From Patescibacteria group bacterium (GTDB taxonomy: Bacteria; Patescibacteriota; Patescibacteriia; UBA10025; JBIOWE01), in assembly GCA_044868145.1 (NCBI GenBank), contig JBIOWE010000006.1, positions 151,707-215,706 of the forward strand: 64,000 bases of DNA, written 5' to 3'. Shown here one piece after another: positions 19,064-27,794 of the stretch. The translations under genes were made by a program, and so were the position numbers. Position 1 is the stretch's first letter, and every line of letters starts with the position of its first letter. The notes beneath the pieces were generated by a model, which saw only the letters and a program-made list of their open reading frames with translations, was not told the DNA's origin and ran no database searches.

Positions 19064-20277
19064 ACCGTGTCGTTCTCCACCTGGACATGAACTCCTATTT
19101 TGCCTCAGTAGAACAGCAGGCAAATCCGTTTTTGCGGGGCAAGCCGGTTGGGGTCTGCGCGACTATGACAAAAAACGGCTGTATTATCGCGTCGTCGAAA
19201 GAGGCAAAAGCCGTTGGTATTAAGACGGGTTGTCGCGTGCAGGACGCGCTTTTTTTATATCCAAATGTCGCGCTTGTGCCGGTTGATCCGCCGAAATATC
19301 GTTCCACAACGCAAAAGATTTTTTCCATTATTGCGGAGTACACCGAAGACGTCGAGCATTATTCCATTGATGAAGCGTTTTTGAATCTCACGGGTTTCGT
19401 TGAGACGCTTGCGGAAGCAAAGGAGAAGGCTATGGAAATCCAACGGCGCGTCAAAGAGGAGGTGGGCGATTGGCTCACGTGTTCCATGGGTATAGCGCCG
19501 ACGCGCTGGCTTGCGAAGTTCGGGTCCGACACCGCGCCCAAAGGTGGAATTGTTGTGCTCAACCGTCAAAACCTTCTGGCGTATCTCAAGGGACGTGAAT
19601 TGACCGAGGCGTGGGGGATTGCGCATGGTTTGGAACGCCGGTTGCACGTGCTCGGGATTTGGACGCTTGACGAGCTGGCGCAATATCCGGTCGCGAATCT
19701 GATGCGCGTATTTGGTATTCGTGGATATGAGATGTGGGCCAACGTGAACGGTATTGAGTTCTCGCGGGTTGAGGAGCGACGCATCCCAAAGTCCATCGGC
19801 CATTCCCATGTGTTGCGTCGGCGCGTCCGTGACATTCAATTTCATCGCGCGGTGTTCATGCGCCTGTGCGAACGGACAGGTCGGCGCTTGCGCAACATGG
19901 GCCTGGAAGCCGGTGGCGTATTCGTACAGGTTGGCAGCGACATGGGCGGCGATGGCGGCGATAAGAAGTTAGCCGAGACTATTACCGGTAGCGATGAGAT
20001 TTTCCATCATACTTGGCAGATGATCGAGCGAACGGTTAGTATAGTTGTGCCGACGTTTTTTGCGGTGGGCGTGTTCCGTTTGCAGCCGATTTCCCAACAG
20101 CAGCGACTCTGGCGCAAGCCAAAGCGCCTTCATGTGTATAAAGCGCTGGATGAGATTAACGATAAGTTTGGCGAGGAAACAATTGTGTGGGGTTCGCTTC
20201 TTGGTCTAGAAAAGCATCATGCTCCGGATAGAATCGGGTTTCGGAAGACAGTAGGCTTGGATTGGCCATTGACATAA
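19060..20277 (+). CDS. dinB: Y-family DNA polymerase IV
   Basis: LHLDMNSYFASVEQ, IIASSKEAK..GIKTG, YSIDEAFL, KSIGHS; start at the ATGA overlap. Confidence 0.93.
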   Translation: MNRVVLHLDMNSYFASVEQQANPFLRGKPVGVCATMTKNGCIIASSKEAKAVGIKTGCRVQDALFLYPNVALVPVDPPKYRSTTQKIFSIIAEYTEDVEHYSIDEAFLNLTGFVETLAEAKEKAMEIQRRVKEEVGDWLTCSMGIAPTRWLAKFGSDTAPKGGIVVLNRQNLLAYLKGRELTEAWGIAHGLERRLHVLGIWTLDELAQYPVANLMRVFGIRGYEMWANVNGIEFSRVEERRIPKSIGHSHVLRRRVRDIQFHRAVFMRLCERTGRRLRNMGLEAGGVFVQVGSDMGGDGGDKKLAETITGSDEIFHHTWQMIERTVSIVVPTFFAVGVFRLQPISQQQRLWRKPKRLHVYKALDEINDKFGEETIVWGSLLGLEKHHAPDRIGFRKTVGLDWPLT

Positions 20278-20300
20278 TGTGTATCACGTTTACCTTCAGT

Positions 20301-20418
20301 TGTCATTTCGAACCTCGACCCTGAGTTTATCGAAGGGGCGGGGTGAGAAATCTCCAAGCTATGAGGTACTGGCCAGGAGATTTCTCGTCCCTCGACAAGC
20401 TCGGGACTCGAAATGACA
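20301..20418. repeat. REP-like inverted pair
   Basis: TGTCATTTCGA...GAGAAATCTC / GAGATTTCTC...TCGAAATGACA. Confidence 0.75.
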
Positions 20419-20470
20419 GCCAGGTTGACCTGCTACCAGACGCTTGGTATACTGGGCGTAAGAATTTTTT

Positions 20471-21028
20471 ATGTCTATCAAATCTGATCGGTGGATTCGC
20501 GAGATGTCATTGAAGCACGGCATGATCAAGCCGTTTGCGAAGCGTCAAGTGCGCAAGGGGGTCGTCTCGTACGGTCTTTCTTCGTATGGATACGATATCC
20601 GCGTGGCGGACGAATTCATGATTTTTACCAACGTGAATTCCGCGATCGTTGATCCAAAGCAAATCAATCATGAAAAGTTGCTCGTGCGGGTGAAAGCGCC
20701 TTTCATCATGATTCCGCCAAATTCGTTTGCGCTTGCGCGTACTTTGGAATATTTCAAAATTCCGCGCAACGTCCTGGCTATTTGTCTCGGAAAGTCCACC
20801 TACGCGCGATGCGGAATCATCGTGAATGTGACGCCTTTTGAACCGGAATGGGAGGGATTCGTGACTGTTGAAATTTCCAATACCACGCCGCTGCCAGCGA
20901 AAATTTATGCGAATGAGGGAATCGCGCAGGTTCTGTTTCTCGAGTCAGACGAAGTGTGCGAAGTGTCGTATAAAGATCGCAAAGGGAAATACCAAAGCCA
21001 GAAGAAAATAACCTTGCCGAAAATTTAG
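20471..21028 (+). CDS. dcd: dCTP deaminase
   Basis: [39 protein letters not shown]. Confidence 0.97.
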   Translation: MSIKSDRWIREMSLKHGMIKPFAKRQVRKGVVSYGLSSYGYDIRVADEFMIFTNVNSAIVDPKQINHEKLLVRVKAPFIMIPPNSFALARTLEYFKIPRNVLAICLGKSTYARCGIIVNVTPFEPEWEGFVTVEISNTTPLPAKIYANEGIAQVLFLESDEVCEVSYKDRKGKYQSQKKITLPKI

Positions 21029-21037
21029 GTCCTTCAC

Positions 21038-21152
21038 GAACAAAAAAACCCAGAGCAGGCGGCTCTGCCCCGTATAAAATTTTACGGGGCTCTGCCTGCG
21101 ATAGGTTTTCCTGGTTCACGCCCATCGCACCCACGGCGGGGCGCGCTGGGTC
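21038..21152. repeat. Family A element copy 2 carrying an internal hairpin insertion
   Basis: Matches 11891-11975; extra CCCCGTATAAAATTTACGGGG with duplicated GGCTCTG. Confidence 0.7.
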
Positions 21153-21191
21153 TTCATTGCAATCATGCAATTTTTTCGCTACAATGAAGTC

Positions 21192-21812
21192 ATGAAAAAG
21201 CTTTTTTTGGATATTGAAACACTGCCCGCGGATCGGCTAGTCTGGGAGAAAGTTCGCGTTGGCATAAGCGATCGTTCTTCGTATGGAAAAAAATCTTACA
21301 GCGAAGACGAGCTGTACCGACGCACAGCCCTTGATGGAAATTTTGGTCGTTTGCTTTGCATTGGCTATGCGAAAGAACCGCCAGCCGGCAGCAAGTCCCA
21401 GATTATCATCGGCGACGAGGTGAAAATTTTGAAAAAGTTTTGGGACGTGGCCAAGGATGTTGACGTGTTTATCGGCCATAATATCATGGATTTTGATTTA
21501 CGCTTTATTTATAAACGTTCCGTCGTAAACAACGTGAAGCCGACGAAGTTTTTGAGCTTTGCACGGTATCGGAACAACCCTATCTTCGACACGTTGTACG
21601 AGTGGGATAAGTGGGTCGTGCGCAATACAGAGCACACGTCGCTTGATAAGCTGGCGAAAGCGCTTGATATTCCGTCATCGAAAGGAGAGCTCGACGGCTC
21701 AAAGGTATATGATTACTACCAGAACGGCAAATTGAAAGAGATTTACGATTATTGCAAAGCGGACGTTGAAGTGACCCGTCAGGTATACAAACGCATGACG
21801 TTTGAACCCTAA
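21192..21812 (+). CDS. DnaQ-like 3'-5' exonuclease (PolB exonuclease-like)
   Basis: FLDIET, IGHNIMDFD, SLDKLA, YCKADV (DEDD motifs); TTGCAA-N17-TACAAT lies 6 nt upstream of the ATG. Confidence 0.88.
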   Translation: MKKLFLDIETLPADRLVWEKVRVGISDRSSYGKKSYSEDELYRRTALDGNFGRLLCIGYAKEPPAGSKSQIIIGDEVKILKKFWDVAKDVDVFIGHNIMDFDLRFIYKRSVVNNVKPTKFLSFARYRNNPIFDTLYEWDKWVVRNTEHTSLDKLAKALDIPSSKGELDGSKVYDYYQNGKLKEIYDYCKADVEVTRQVYKRMTFEP

Positions 21813-21813
21813 T

Positions 21814-23061
21814 ATGGCAACAACGTACGTCATTATTGGAGGGGGTGTGGCGGGCACCACCGCAGCAGAAACAATTCGCAGCCGCGACCCGAACGGTCGC
21901 ATTTTGATTATCTCCGAAGAACCGTTTCGGTTCTATTCGCGCGTGATGCTTTCGAAGCCAGAATATTTTTTGGAAAAAATACCGTTTGAAGATATTTTTT
22001 TACGAACAACAGCATGGTACGAAAAGCAGCGGATTGAATTTTTGCCGGGCCGGATTGTGACGCAAATCCACGTTGAGAAAAAAACCGTCGAAATTGATGA
22101 CGGCTCCGAGGTCGCATACGATAAATTGTTGATCGCCACAGGCACATGCGCCAACGAACTGCAAATACCTGGGGCTGACCTGCAGGGGATTTATTATTTG
22201 CGTACGCTCGATGACGCTCGTGCTATCATCGCCGCTATGAAAAAAGCGAAATCCGCCGTTGTGATCGGCGGCGGTTTTATTGGATTTGAGTTGTGTGATT
22301 TGTTCCGCCAGAAAAAGATGAATGTAACACTCGTGATCCGTGAAAAAACATATTGGGACCCTTTACTTGATCCCGTGTCCGGCCAGCTGATTGAGGCCGC
22401 TTTAACAAAGGGAGGGGTTCGCTTGGAAAAAGAGCAATACGTGACGGAATTTCGAGGAAGAGAAAGTGTGACGCATGTTGTGACGGATAGTGGAAAACAA
22501 TTGTCGTCCCATATGGTCGCGGTCGGCGTTGGCGCGTTTTGTGATATGACCTTTCTCCGCGGTAGCGGGATTGCGACGAAACGCGGTATTCTGACGAGTG
22601 AATATATGGAAACGAACGTCAAGGATATTTGGGCGGCCGGGGATGCCGCTGAATATAAAGATCTCACGTTGGATGAATATGTAATGATGGGCAACTGGGT
22701 GAATGCGCAGATGCAAGGCCGTAGCGCAGCGATGAACATGGTAGGCCAGCGTGCACCTTTTAAGTTTGTTTCGTTTTACACCACGCAGGGACTGGGGACC
22801 ACGCTGGCATTCGTGGGGGACGTTCGGCCAGATTCTCGAGAAACGATTGTGCGACATGAAGACCATACTTGGCGCACACGGATTCTCGTGGAGAAAGATG
22901 AAATCGTCGGCGCGACCATGATTAACCGCACGAGCGAGTTGCATTCTATCGGCAAGCTCATTCAGATGAATGTGAAAGTATCCACAATACGGGATCAATT
23001 GGCAGATCCTAAGGTCGTGCTGAAAGAATTGGTTGCTTCTTTGTTGAAGAAGCCAGCATGA
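21814..23061 (+). CDS. FAD-dependent NAD(P)H oxidoreductase (rubredoxin/ferredoxin reductase-like)
   Basis: IIGGGVAG, YDKLLIATG, LRTLDDA, VIGGGFIG, IWAAGD. Confidence 0.92.
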   Translation: MATTYVIIGGGVAGTTAAETIRSRDPNGRILIISEEPFRFYSRVMLSKPEYFLEKIPFEDIFLRTTAWYEKQRIEFLPGRIVTQIHVEKKTVEIDDGSEVAYDKLLIATGTCANELQIPGADLQGIYYLRTLDDARAIIAAMKKAKSAVVIGGGFIGFELCDLFRQKKMNVTLVIREKTYWDPLLDPVSGQLIEAALTKGGVRLEKEQYVTEFRGRESVTHVVTDSGKQLSSHMVAVGVGAFCDMTFLRGSGIATKRGILTSEYMETNVKDIWAAGDAAEYKDLTLDEYVMMGNWVNAQMQGRSAAMNMVGQRAPFKFVSFYTTQGLGTTLAFVGDVRPDSRETIVRHEDHTWRTRILVEKDEIVGATMINRTSELHSIGKLIQMNVKVSTIRDQLADPKVVLKELVASLLKKPA

Positions 23062-23160
23062 AAAAATCCTTTGTAAGATTTTATCCTGGCGCGCAACAAG
23101 CGCGCTTTTTTGACAATCTAAATCAGATTCAGTAAGATAAAGGAAATCAAAGGAGGATCC

Positions 23161-23994
23161 GTGAACAGCTCTTTGAAATTCTGGTTGAAGGTTACACGGT
23201 TGTATCAATGCGTCATCGCTGGTTTGGCAAGTTGGATAACCGCTGTTCTTTGTGAAGGATCAACGTGGATTACTCAACAGAACGTTGTCGCCTTCGGGGT
23301 ATCAACTTTTGGTTGTCTTGGTGCATTTCTGATGCATTACGCTATTCGTCATGATACATATAAGAGCAAGTGGAAGGATGTTCACCATCAATATCGCCCG
23401 GCTTTGTTTTTGCATCTTGGTGCATATACATTTGCATTCTCAATGACCGTTGCTGCGCTATTCTTACCACTTGTCTGCCTATTCATCGTCACAATCAATT
23501 TCGCTGCTCTCTATATTTATGCCACTGTTATTCGTCATTGGTCATGGAAGAATCTCATTGCGTCTTTTCTTTGCATAACGCCGATTCTTATTGGTTGGTT
23601 TGCCGTTCAACATACAAATCCAGTGATACCATTTCTTCTCGTCAGTGCTTTTTGTATGTACATGGCTCGAGAAATCCTCAAAGATATGGAGGATCTCGAT
23701 GTTGATCGGGGTAAACGATTCACGATGGTTATGCGCTTTGGTCCTATTGCCACCATGCGGGTAGCTTCTTCTTTTCTCTTTGTCGCAGTCCTTTTCTACG
23801 GGCTAGCCGCCGTAACGATCCCACACCATTCAATGTCGGTTATTATTCCTTTCGTGATTGGGGCCATTCTTTTCTTCCAATTTGCCCTTCGCTTGTTGCT
23901 TGCCAGGGAATACACCTCTCAAGACTATAGAACCATTGATGCTGGTGTGGTAATGCTGATGCTAGCATTGTTGGCTGCCCGGGCAGGATTCTGA
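23161..23994 (+). CDS. UbiA-family prenyltransferase (DGGGP-synthase-like), first Asp-rich motif degenerate
   Basis: About 8 TM segments; KNL, AREILKDMEDLDVD..RFT; promoter TTGACA-N17-TAAGAT 23110-23138; SD AAAGGAGG; GTG start. Confidence 0.75.
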   Translation: MNSSLKFWLKVTRLYQCVIAGLASWITAVLCEGSTWITQQNVVAFGVSTFGCLGAFLMHYAIRHDTYKSKWKDVHHQYRPALFLHLGAYTFAFSMTVAALFLPLVCLFIVTINFAALYIYATVIRHWSWKNLIASFLCITPILIGWFAVQHTNPVIPFLLVSAFCMYMAREILKDMEDLDVDRGKRFTMVMRFGPIATMRVASSFLFVAVLFYGLAAVTIPHHSMSVIIPFVIGAILFFQFALRLLLAREYTSQDYRTIDAGVVMLMLALLAARAGF

Positions 23995-23996
23995 AT

Positions 23997-24025
23997 AAGA
24001 GCATGTTAAAACGCATGCTCTTTTT
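23997..24025 (+). terminator. Intrinsic terminator
   Basis: AAGAGCATG..CATGCTCTT followed by a T-run. Confidence 0.8.
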
Positions 24026-24061
24026 ATTTGATTTTTTGGAGCTTTTGGTTGATAATGAGAA

Positions 24062-24856
24062 ATGGAAATGAAACATTCCTCGCCGAAACCAGTCAGAATT
24101 CTCAAACGGAACGTCTTACCGCACGAAATCGCAAACCAGTATCTCTATCATGAGTTTCTGAAAATTTTTTGGGACGTGAAAGATAAATCTTTCCGGCGGA
24201 AAATAAAGCAGTCACTCTTTCGGATGCGCAAACGTGATGGGAAACATACGTACTGGCTACTTGTGGCCGGAATAGGGGAGGGCTGGCGCGTGAAGTGGGT
24301 GTATCGCTTGTTGACGAACCCTGGTTACGTTTGGAACCTGGAGGAACGAAAGATTAGTGATTTAACAATGACCGGATTTAATCCCCAGATTGTTGACCGG
24401 ATCATTATGCGTAGTGGTCGAAATTTTTATCGATTCGCCGAGTACTATCATAAGCACCGGGTATTTTTCAAAAAATATATGCCCAATCTCAAATCACAGC
24501 CGGAGCGTGACAATCAGCCGGTGCTGATTTTTTACGACCATAAAGAGGGGACTATGCGATTATTTGATGGTATGCGCAGAACCGTACTTGCTGCCATAGC
24601 AAACAAAAAAACGATCAAGGCCTATGTCGGATACCCTCTTCGAAAAGGCAAAGCCATGGTGAATCTTGATAAAATTCAGTATCTTCGACTGCTTTTTCTT
24701 GACGCTCGAAAAGATAGGGAAACATATCGTTCGTTCGTGCATATCGGTAGGGAAATGGTTCGGCAATCTCAAAATGCTGCTCAAGCGTTTCGAAACAGTA
24801 TTAAGCCATGGACTCACAGCCGTGAAAGAAATTTTATTTTGGACATTTTGAAGTAG
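24062..24856 (+). CDS. Basic hypothetical protein with a ParB/Srx-like motif
   Basis: PVLIF....MRLFDGMRRTVLAA..KKTIKAYV resembles the ParB-N DGxxR motif. Confidence 0.6.
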   Translation: MEMKHSSPKPVRILKRNVLPHEIANQYLYHEFLKIFWDVKDKSFRRKIKQSLFRMRKRDGKHTYWLLVAGIGEGWRVKWVYRLLTNPGYVWNLEERKISDLTMTGFNPQIVDRIIMRSGRNFYRFAEYYHKHRVFFKKYMPNLKSQPERDNQPVLIFYDHKEGTMRLFDGMRRTVLAAIANKKTIKAYVGYPLRKGKAMVNLDKIQYLRLLFLDARKDRETYRSFVHIGREMVRQSQNAAQAFRNSIKPWTHSRERNFILDILK

Positions 24857-24857
24857 T

Positions 24858-25181
24858 ATGAAAAAAATTCTTTGGGTCCTCATCAATTGTAATACCGTTA
24901 AAGAAGCCGACAAAATCGGTACAGCACTTTTAAAGAGGCGGCTTAGTGCATGCTATGATATTGTGCCTCGCTTGAAAACTGCGTATTTCTGGCCGCCAAA
25001 GTCTGGGAAGATCGCAAGCGCAAAAGGGGCTATCCTTATTGCAGAAACGCTACCTGGCTATTTTCAGAAAATATATAAAGTGGCAAAAGGGTTGCACAGC
25101 GATAAGATGCCATTTGTTGGGTCACTTGTTATTGAAGTGCGGAATGAGTATTACCAGTGGGTGAGGGGAGAAGTTCACTAG
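24858..25181 (+). CDS. cutA: Divalent-cation tolerance protein CutA
   Basis: EADKIG..LL.RRLSAC, YFW, LHSDKMP, EYYQW. Confidence 0.85.
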   Translation: MKKILWVLINCNTVKEADKIGTALLKRRLSACYDIVPRLKTAYFWPPKSGKIASAKGAILIAETLPGYFQKIYKVAKGLHSDKMPFVGSLVIEVRNEYYQWVRGEVH

Positions 25182-25320
25182 TAGCCTATTCGCATAGGTG
25201 ACAAATTGATTTATCACCGGGTTGGTACCTACCAAGAAACGACTTTGACTTGTTTTTTTGCAGTGCTCAATGTTCTCTAGTATACTGTATCAGCGAGTTT
25301 ATCAGTGACATATATTACAT

Positions 25321-26106
25321 ATGAAGAAATCAATCATATTCATTATTGTTGGTCTTGTGGTAGTGGTTATTGTAGTGCTCGTGGTCATCAATAAGCCTGG
25401 TTATCAAAGCAGCAACACCGTAAATACCATTAACACAAATACCGCATCGGGCACCAGTACACAAGCGACCAATCCCGCGCAAACATTCAGATTCAGTGAT
25501 CCAAAGAAAAGCGCGCACTACGAAAGCAACACGCCGGCACACGGCTCGATTCTTCCAGCGCCGCCGGTGAACGTCGTGCTTGATTTCAACTTTGACCTAG
25601 CGACAGTCTCAACGATTTCGATCACGAAGGATGGAAAAGAGTATAGCACTGGCTCGACGACTATTGATGCGAACAAGCTCGCCATGCGCCGCACGATGGA
25701 TATGAACGCACCGGACGGACTCTATACCGTCAGCTACAACGCGTGTTGGCCGGACGGCAGTTGCCACGACGGCAATTTCCAATTCGCCATCGATCAAACA
25801 CGGGCAGCAAGCTTCGAAGACATGCGCGGGCAAACCGCAGTCACGATACACATGAAGGCCATTGCGTTTGAGCCGCGGAATATTCGCATCAGCAAAGGTA
25901 CCACTGTTACCTGGGTGAACGATGAATCGGACATCCATTACGTCAACACCGACGCCCACCCGAGTCACACGTATTACACGGCACAGAATTCTAACGCGCT
26001 AAGCAAGGGTGACACGTTCGCATTGACTTTTGATAAGCCCGGCGCGTATCCCTCTCATTGCAGCGCACACGCGGACCGAATGACAGCGATGATTTTAGTA
26101 GAATAA
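25321..26106 (+). CDS. Membrane-anchored CopC-like plus cupredoxin fusion
   Basis: AHYESNTPAHG..P..V.L.FN, GLYTV.Y...DG (CopC); FEP..I.ISKGTTVTWVN...H, HCSAH...M type-1 Cu site. Confidence 0.8.
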   Translation: MKKSIIFIIVGLVVVVIVVLVVINKPGYQSSNTVNTINTNTASGTSTQATNPAQTFRFSDPKKSAHYESNTPAHGSILPAPPVNVVLDFNFDLATVSTISITKDGKEYSTGSTTIDANKLAMRRTMDMNAPDGLYTVSYNACWPDGSCHDGNFQFAIDQTRAASFEDMRGQTAVTIHMKAIAFEPRNIRISKGTTVTWVNDESDIHYVNTDAHPSHTYYTAQNSNALSKGDTFALTFDKPGAYPSHCSAHADRMTAMILVE

Positions 26107-26160
26107 TCAAGAAATCAAAAAGGCCCTTCAACAAAGAGGAGCCTTTTTGGTAAACGCGAT

Positions 26161-26448
26161 TTAGAGAATCGAGTCTTTTGCCTGCTTGGCAACGCGGAAC
26201 TTGACGACCGTCTTCGCGGGAATCTGGATCGTCGCGCCTGTTGCCGGGTTGCGACCTTGTCGCGCCTCTCGGTGCTTCTTTACAAGCTTCCCGACGCCCG
26301 GAAGGGTGAATTCACCCCTGCTCTTAACTTCGCTGTACGCTGTTTGCGCCAGCATCTCCATAAAATTGCCGACATCCTTCTTGGACATGCCGGTTTTTTC
26401 GGCCATGTGACCAAGGAGTTCGGACTTGCTCATGCCTTTGCCTGCCAT
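26161..26448 (-). CDS. hup: HU family DNA-binding protein
   Basis: MSKSEL, LPGVGKL, ARQGRNPATG..IQIPAK..VKF. Confidence 0.97.
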   Translation of the reverse strand: MAGKGMSKSELLGHMAEKTGMSKKDVGNFMEMLAQTAYSEVKSRGEFTLPGVGKLVKKHREARQGRNPATGATIQIPAKTVVKFRVAKQAKDSIL

Positions 26449-26648
26449 ACGCGTTTAGACCTTTCGCTTAATTGTTAATAAATCCACAAGGTAGTATAGC
26501 AGGAACGCAGGGAAACGCCAATGTTTACAAGGGTTTTTTCTAATACGAGGCTTCGGACAGTTTCCCCGCGGTTCCTTTTTTGGCTAACGAAAGGTCTTTT
26601 TACGCAAGGTAAAACCATAGTTCTTGTGGTATACTAGAAGCAATCTCC

Positions 26649-27794
26649 ATGCGAGTATTAACACACCGTTTGCGTTATCTCTACGCGCTGTCTATCCTTA
26701 TCGGCACCATAGTTGGCGTCGGTTTTTTTGGCTTGCCCTACGCCGCTCTGCAAGCCGGCTACGGCACACTGCTTTTGTATTTTGTTTTATTGGGCGCCGT
26801 TGTTCTTTTGACGCATTTGTTCTACGCGGAATTTTCTTTGCATACAAAGGGTCACCACCGGCTGGTCGGATACGCGAGTTTGTACTTAGGTCGGTTCGGA
26901 AAATGGCTGACGTTTCACGTTAAGATGTTTGGCATCTTCGGTGCGCTGCTTGCCTATTTGTTGATCGGCGGCAGATTCCTTGCTAGTTTGTTTGGCGGTT
27001 CAGTTATTTTATATACGTTTCTCTTTTTTCTGGCCGGCGCCTGGCTTGTGTGGCGTGGCTCACGATCTATTGGACCGGTTGAATTGGTCCTCTTGGGTAT
27101 CTTCGTTCTCCTGGTCGTCATAGTCTTCATTGCCGGCATTCCTTCGCTCCGTTTAGAGAACATCACAGGATTCAGCTCCGCGGCATTCTTCTTGCCCTAT
27201 GGGATCGTGTTGTTTTCCCTGTGGGGTATTGACGCGATTCCCGAATTACGCGATCTTTTATGGCACGACGCGAAGCACATGCGCCGTGCGATTACCTACG
27301 GCGTTTTGATCTCGATATGTATTTACATTGTGTTTACTTTTTTTGTTCTCGGCATCTCGGGCACGACAACAACAAAGGACGCTTTGTCCGGTTTAGCGCC
27401 GCATTTCGGGCAGACCATTATGTTCTTCGGATATCTCCTTGGAGTGATTACCTCGTTTACTTCCTTTATTACATTCGGTCTTGCGTTAAGGAAGACTTTT
27501 ACGTATGATTTGCGTTTTCCAAAATTTATCGCATGGACCATAACATGTTTTGTGCCGCTCTTCCTTTTCGTCATCGGCATTCAAAATTTCTTAACAGTCA
27601 TAAGTGTAACCGGCGCCCTGTTCATCGGTATTGAAGCGATTATCGTGTTTCTTATTTATATTCGGTTTAAAACGGTGCAAAAGCGTACGACCCTGCCACG
27701 ACTTCGCTTTTTGAAAGTTGTTTCATTTGCCATGGTCGTTGTCCTGCTCACCGGCGTATGGTTTGAAATTCTCGCATTATTGGGAGCGGTATGA
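26649..27794 (+). CDS. Aromatic amino-acid permease (TyrP/Mtr-like)
   Basis: LIGTIVGVGFFGLPY, PYGIVLFSLWG..AIPE, TSFIT; ~11 TM. Confidence 0.85.
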   Translation: MRVLTHRLRYLYALSILIGTIVGVGFFGLPYAALQAGYGTLLLYFVLLGAVVLLTHLFYAEFSLHTKGHHRLVGYASLYLGRFGKWLTFHVKMFGIFGALLAYLLIGGRFLASLFGGSVILYTFLFFLAGAWLVWRGSRSIGPVELVLLGIFVLLVVIVFIAGIPSLRLENITGFSSAAFFLPYGIVLFSLWGIDAIPELRDLLWHDAKHMRRAITYGVLISICIYIVFTFFVLGISGTTTTKDALSGLAPHFGQTIMFFGYLLGVITSFTSFITFGLALRKTFTYDLRFPKFIAWTITCFVPLFLFVIGIQNFLTVISVTGALFIGIEAIIVFLIYIRFKTVQKRTTLPRLRFLKVVSFAMVVVLLTGVWFEILALLGAV

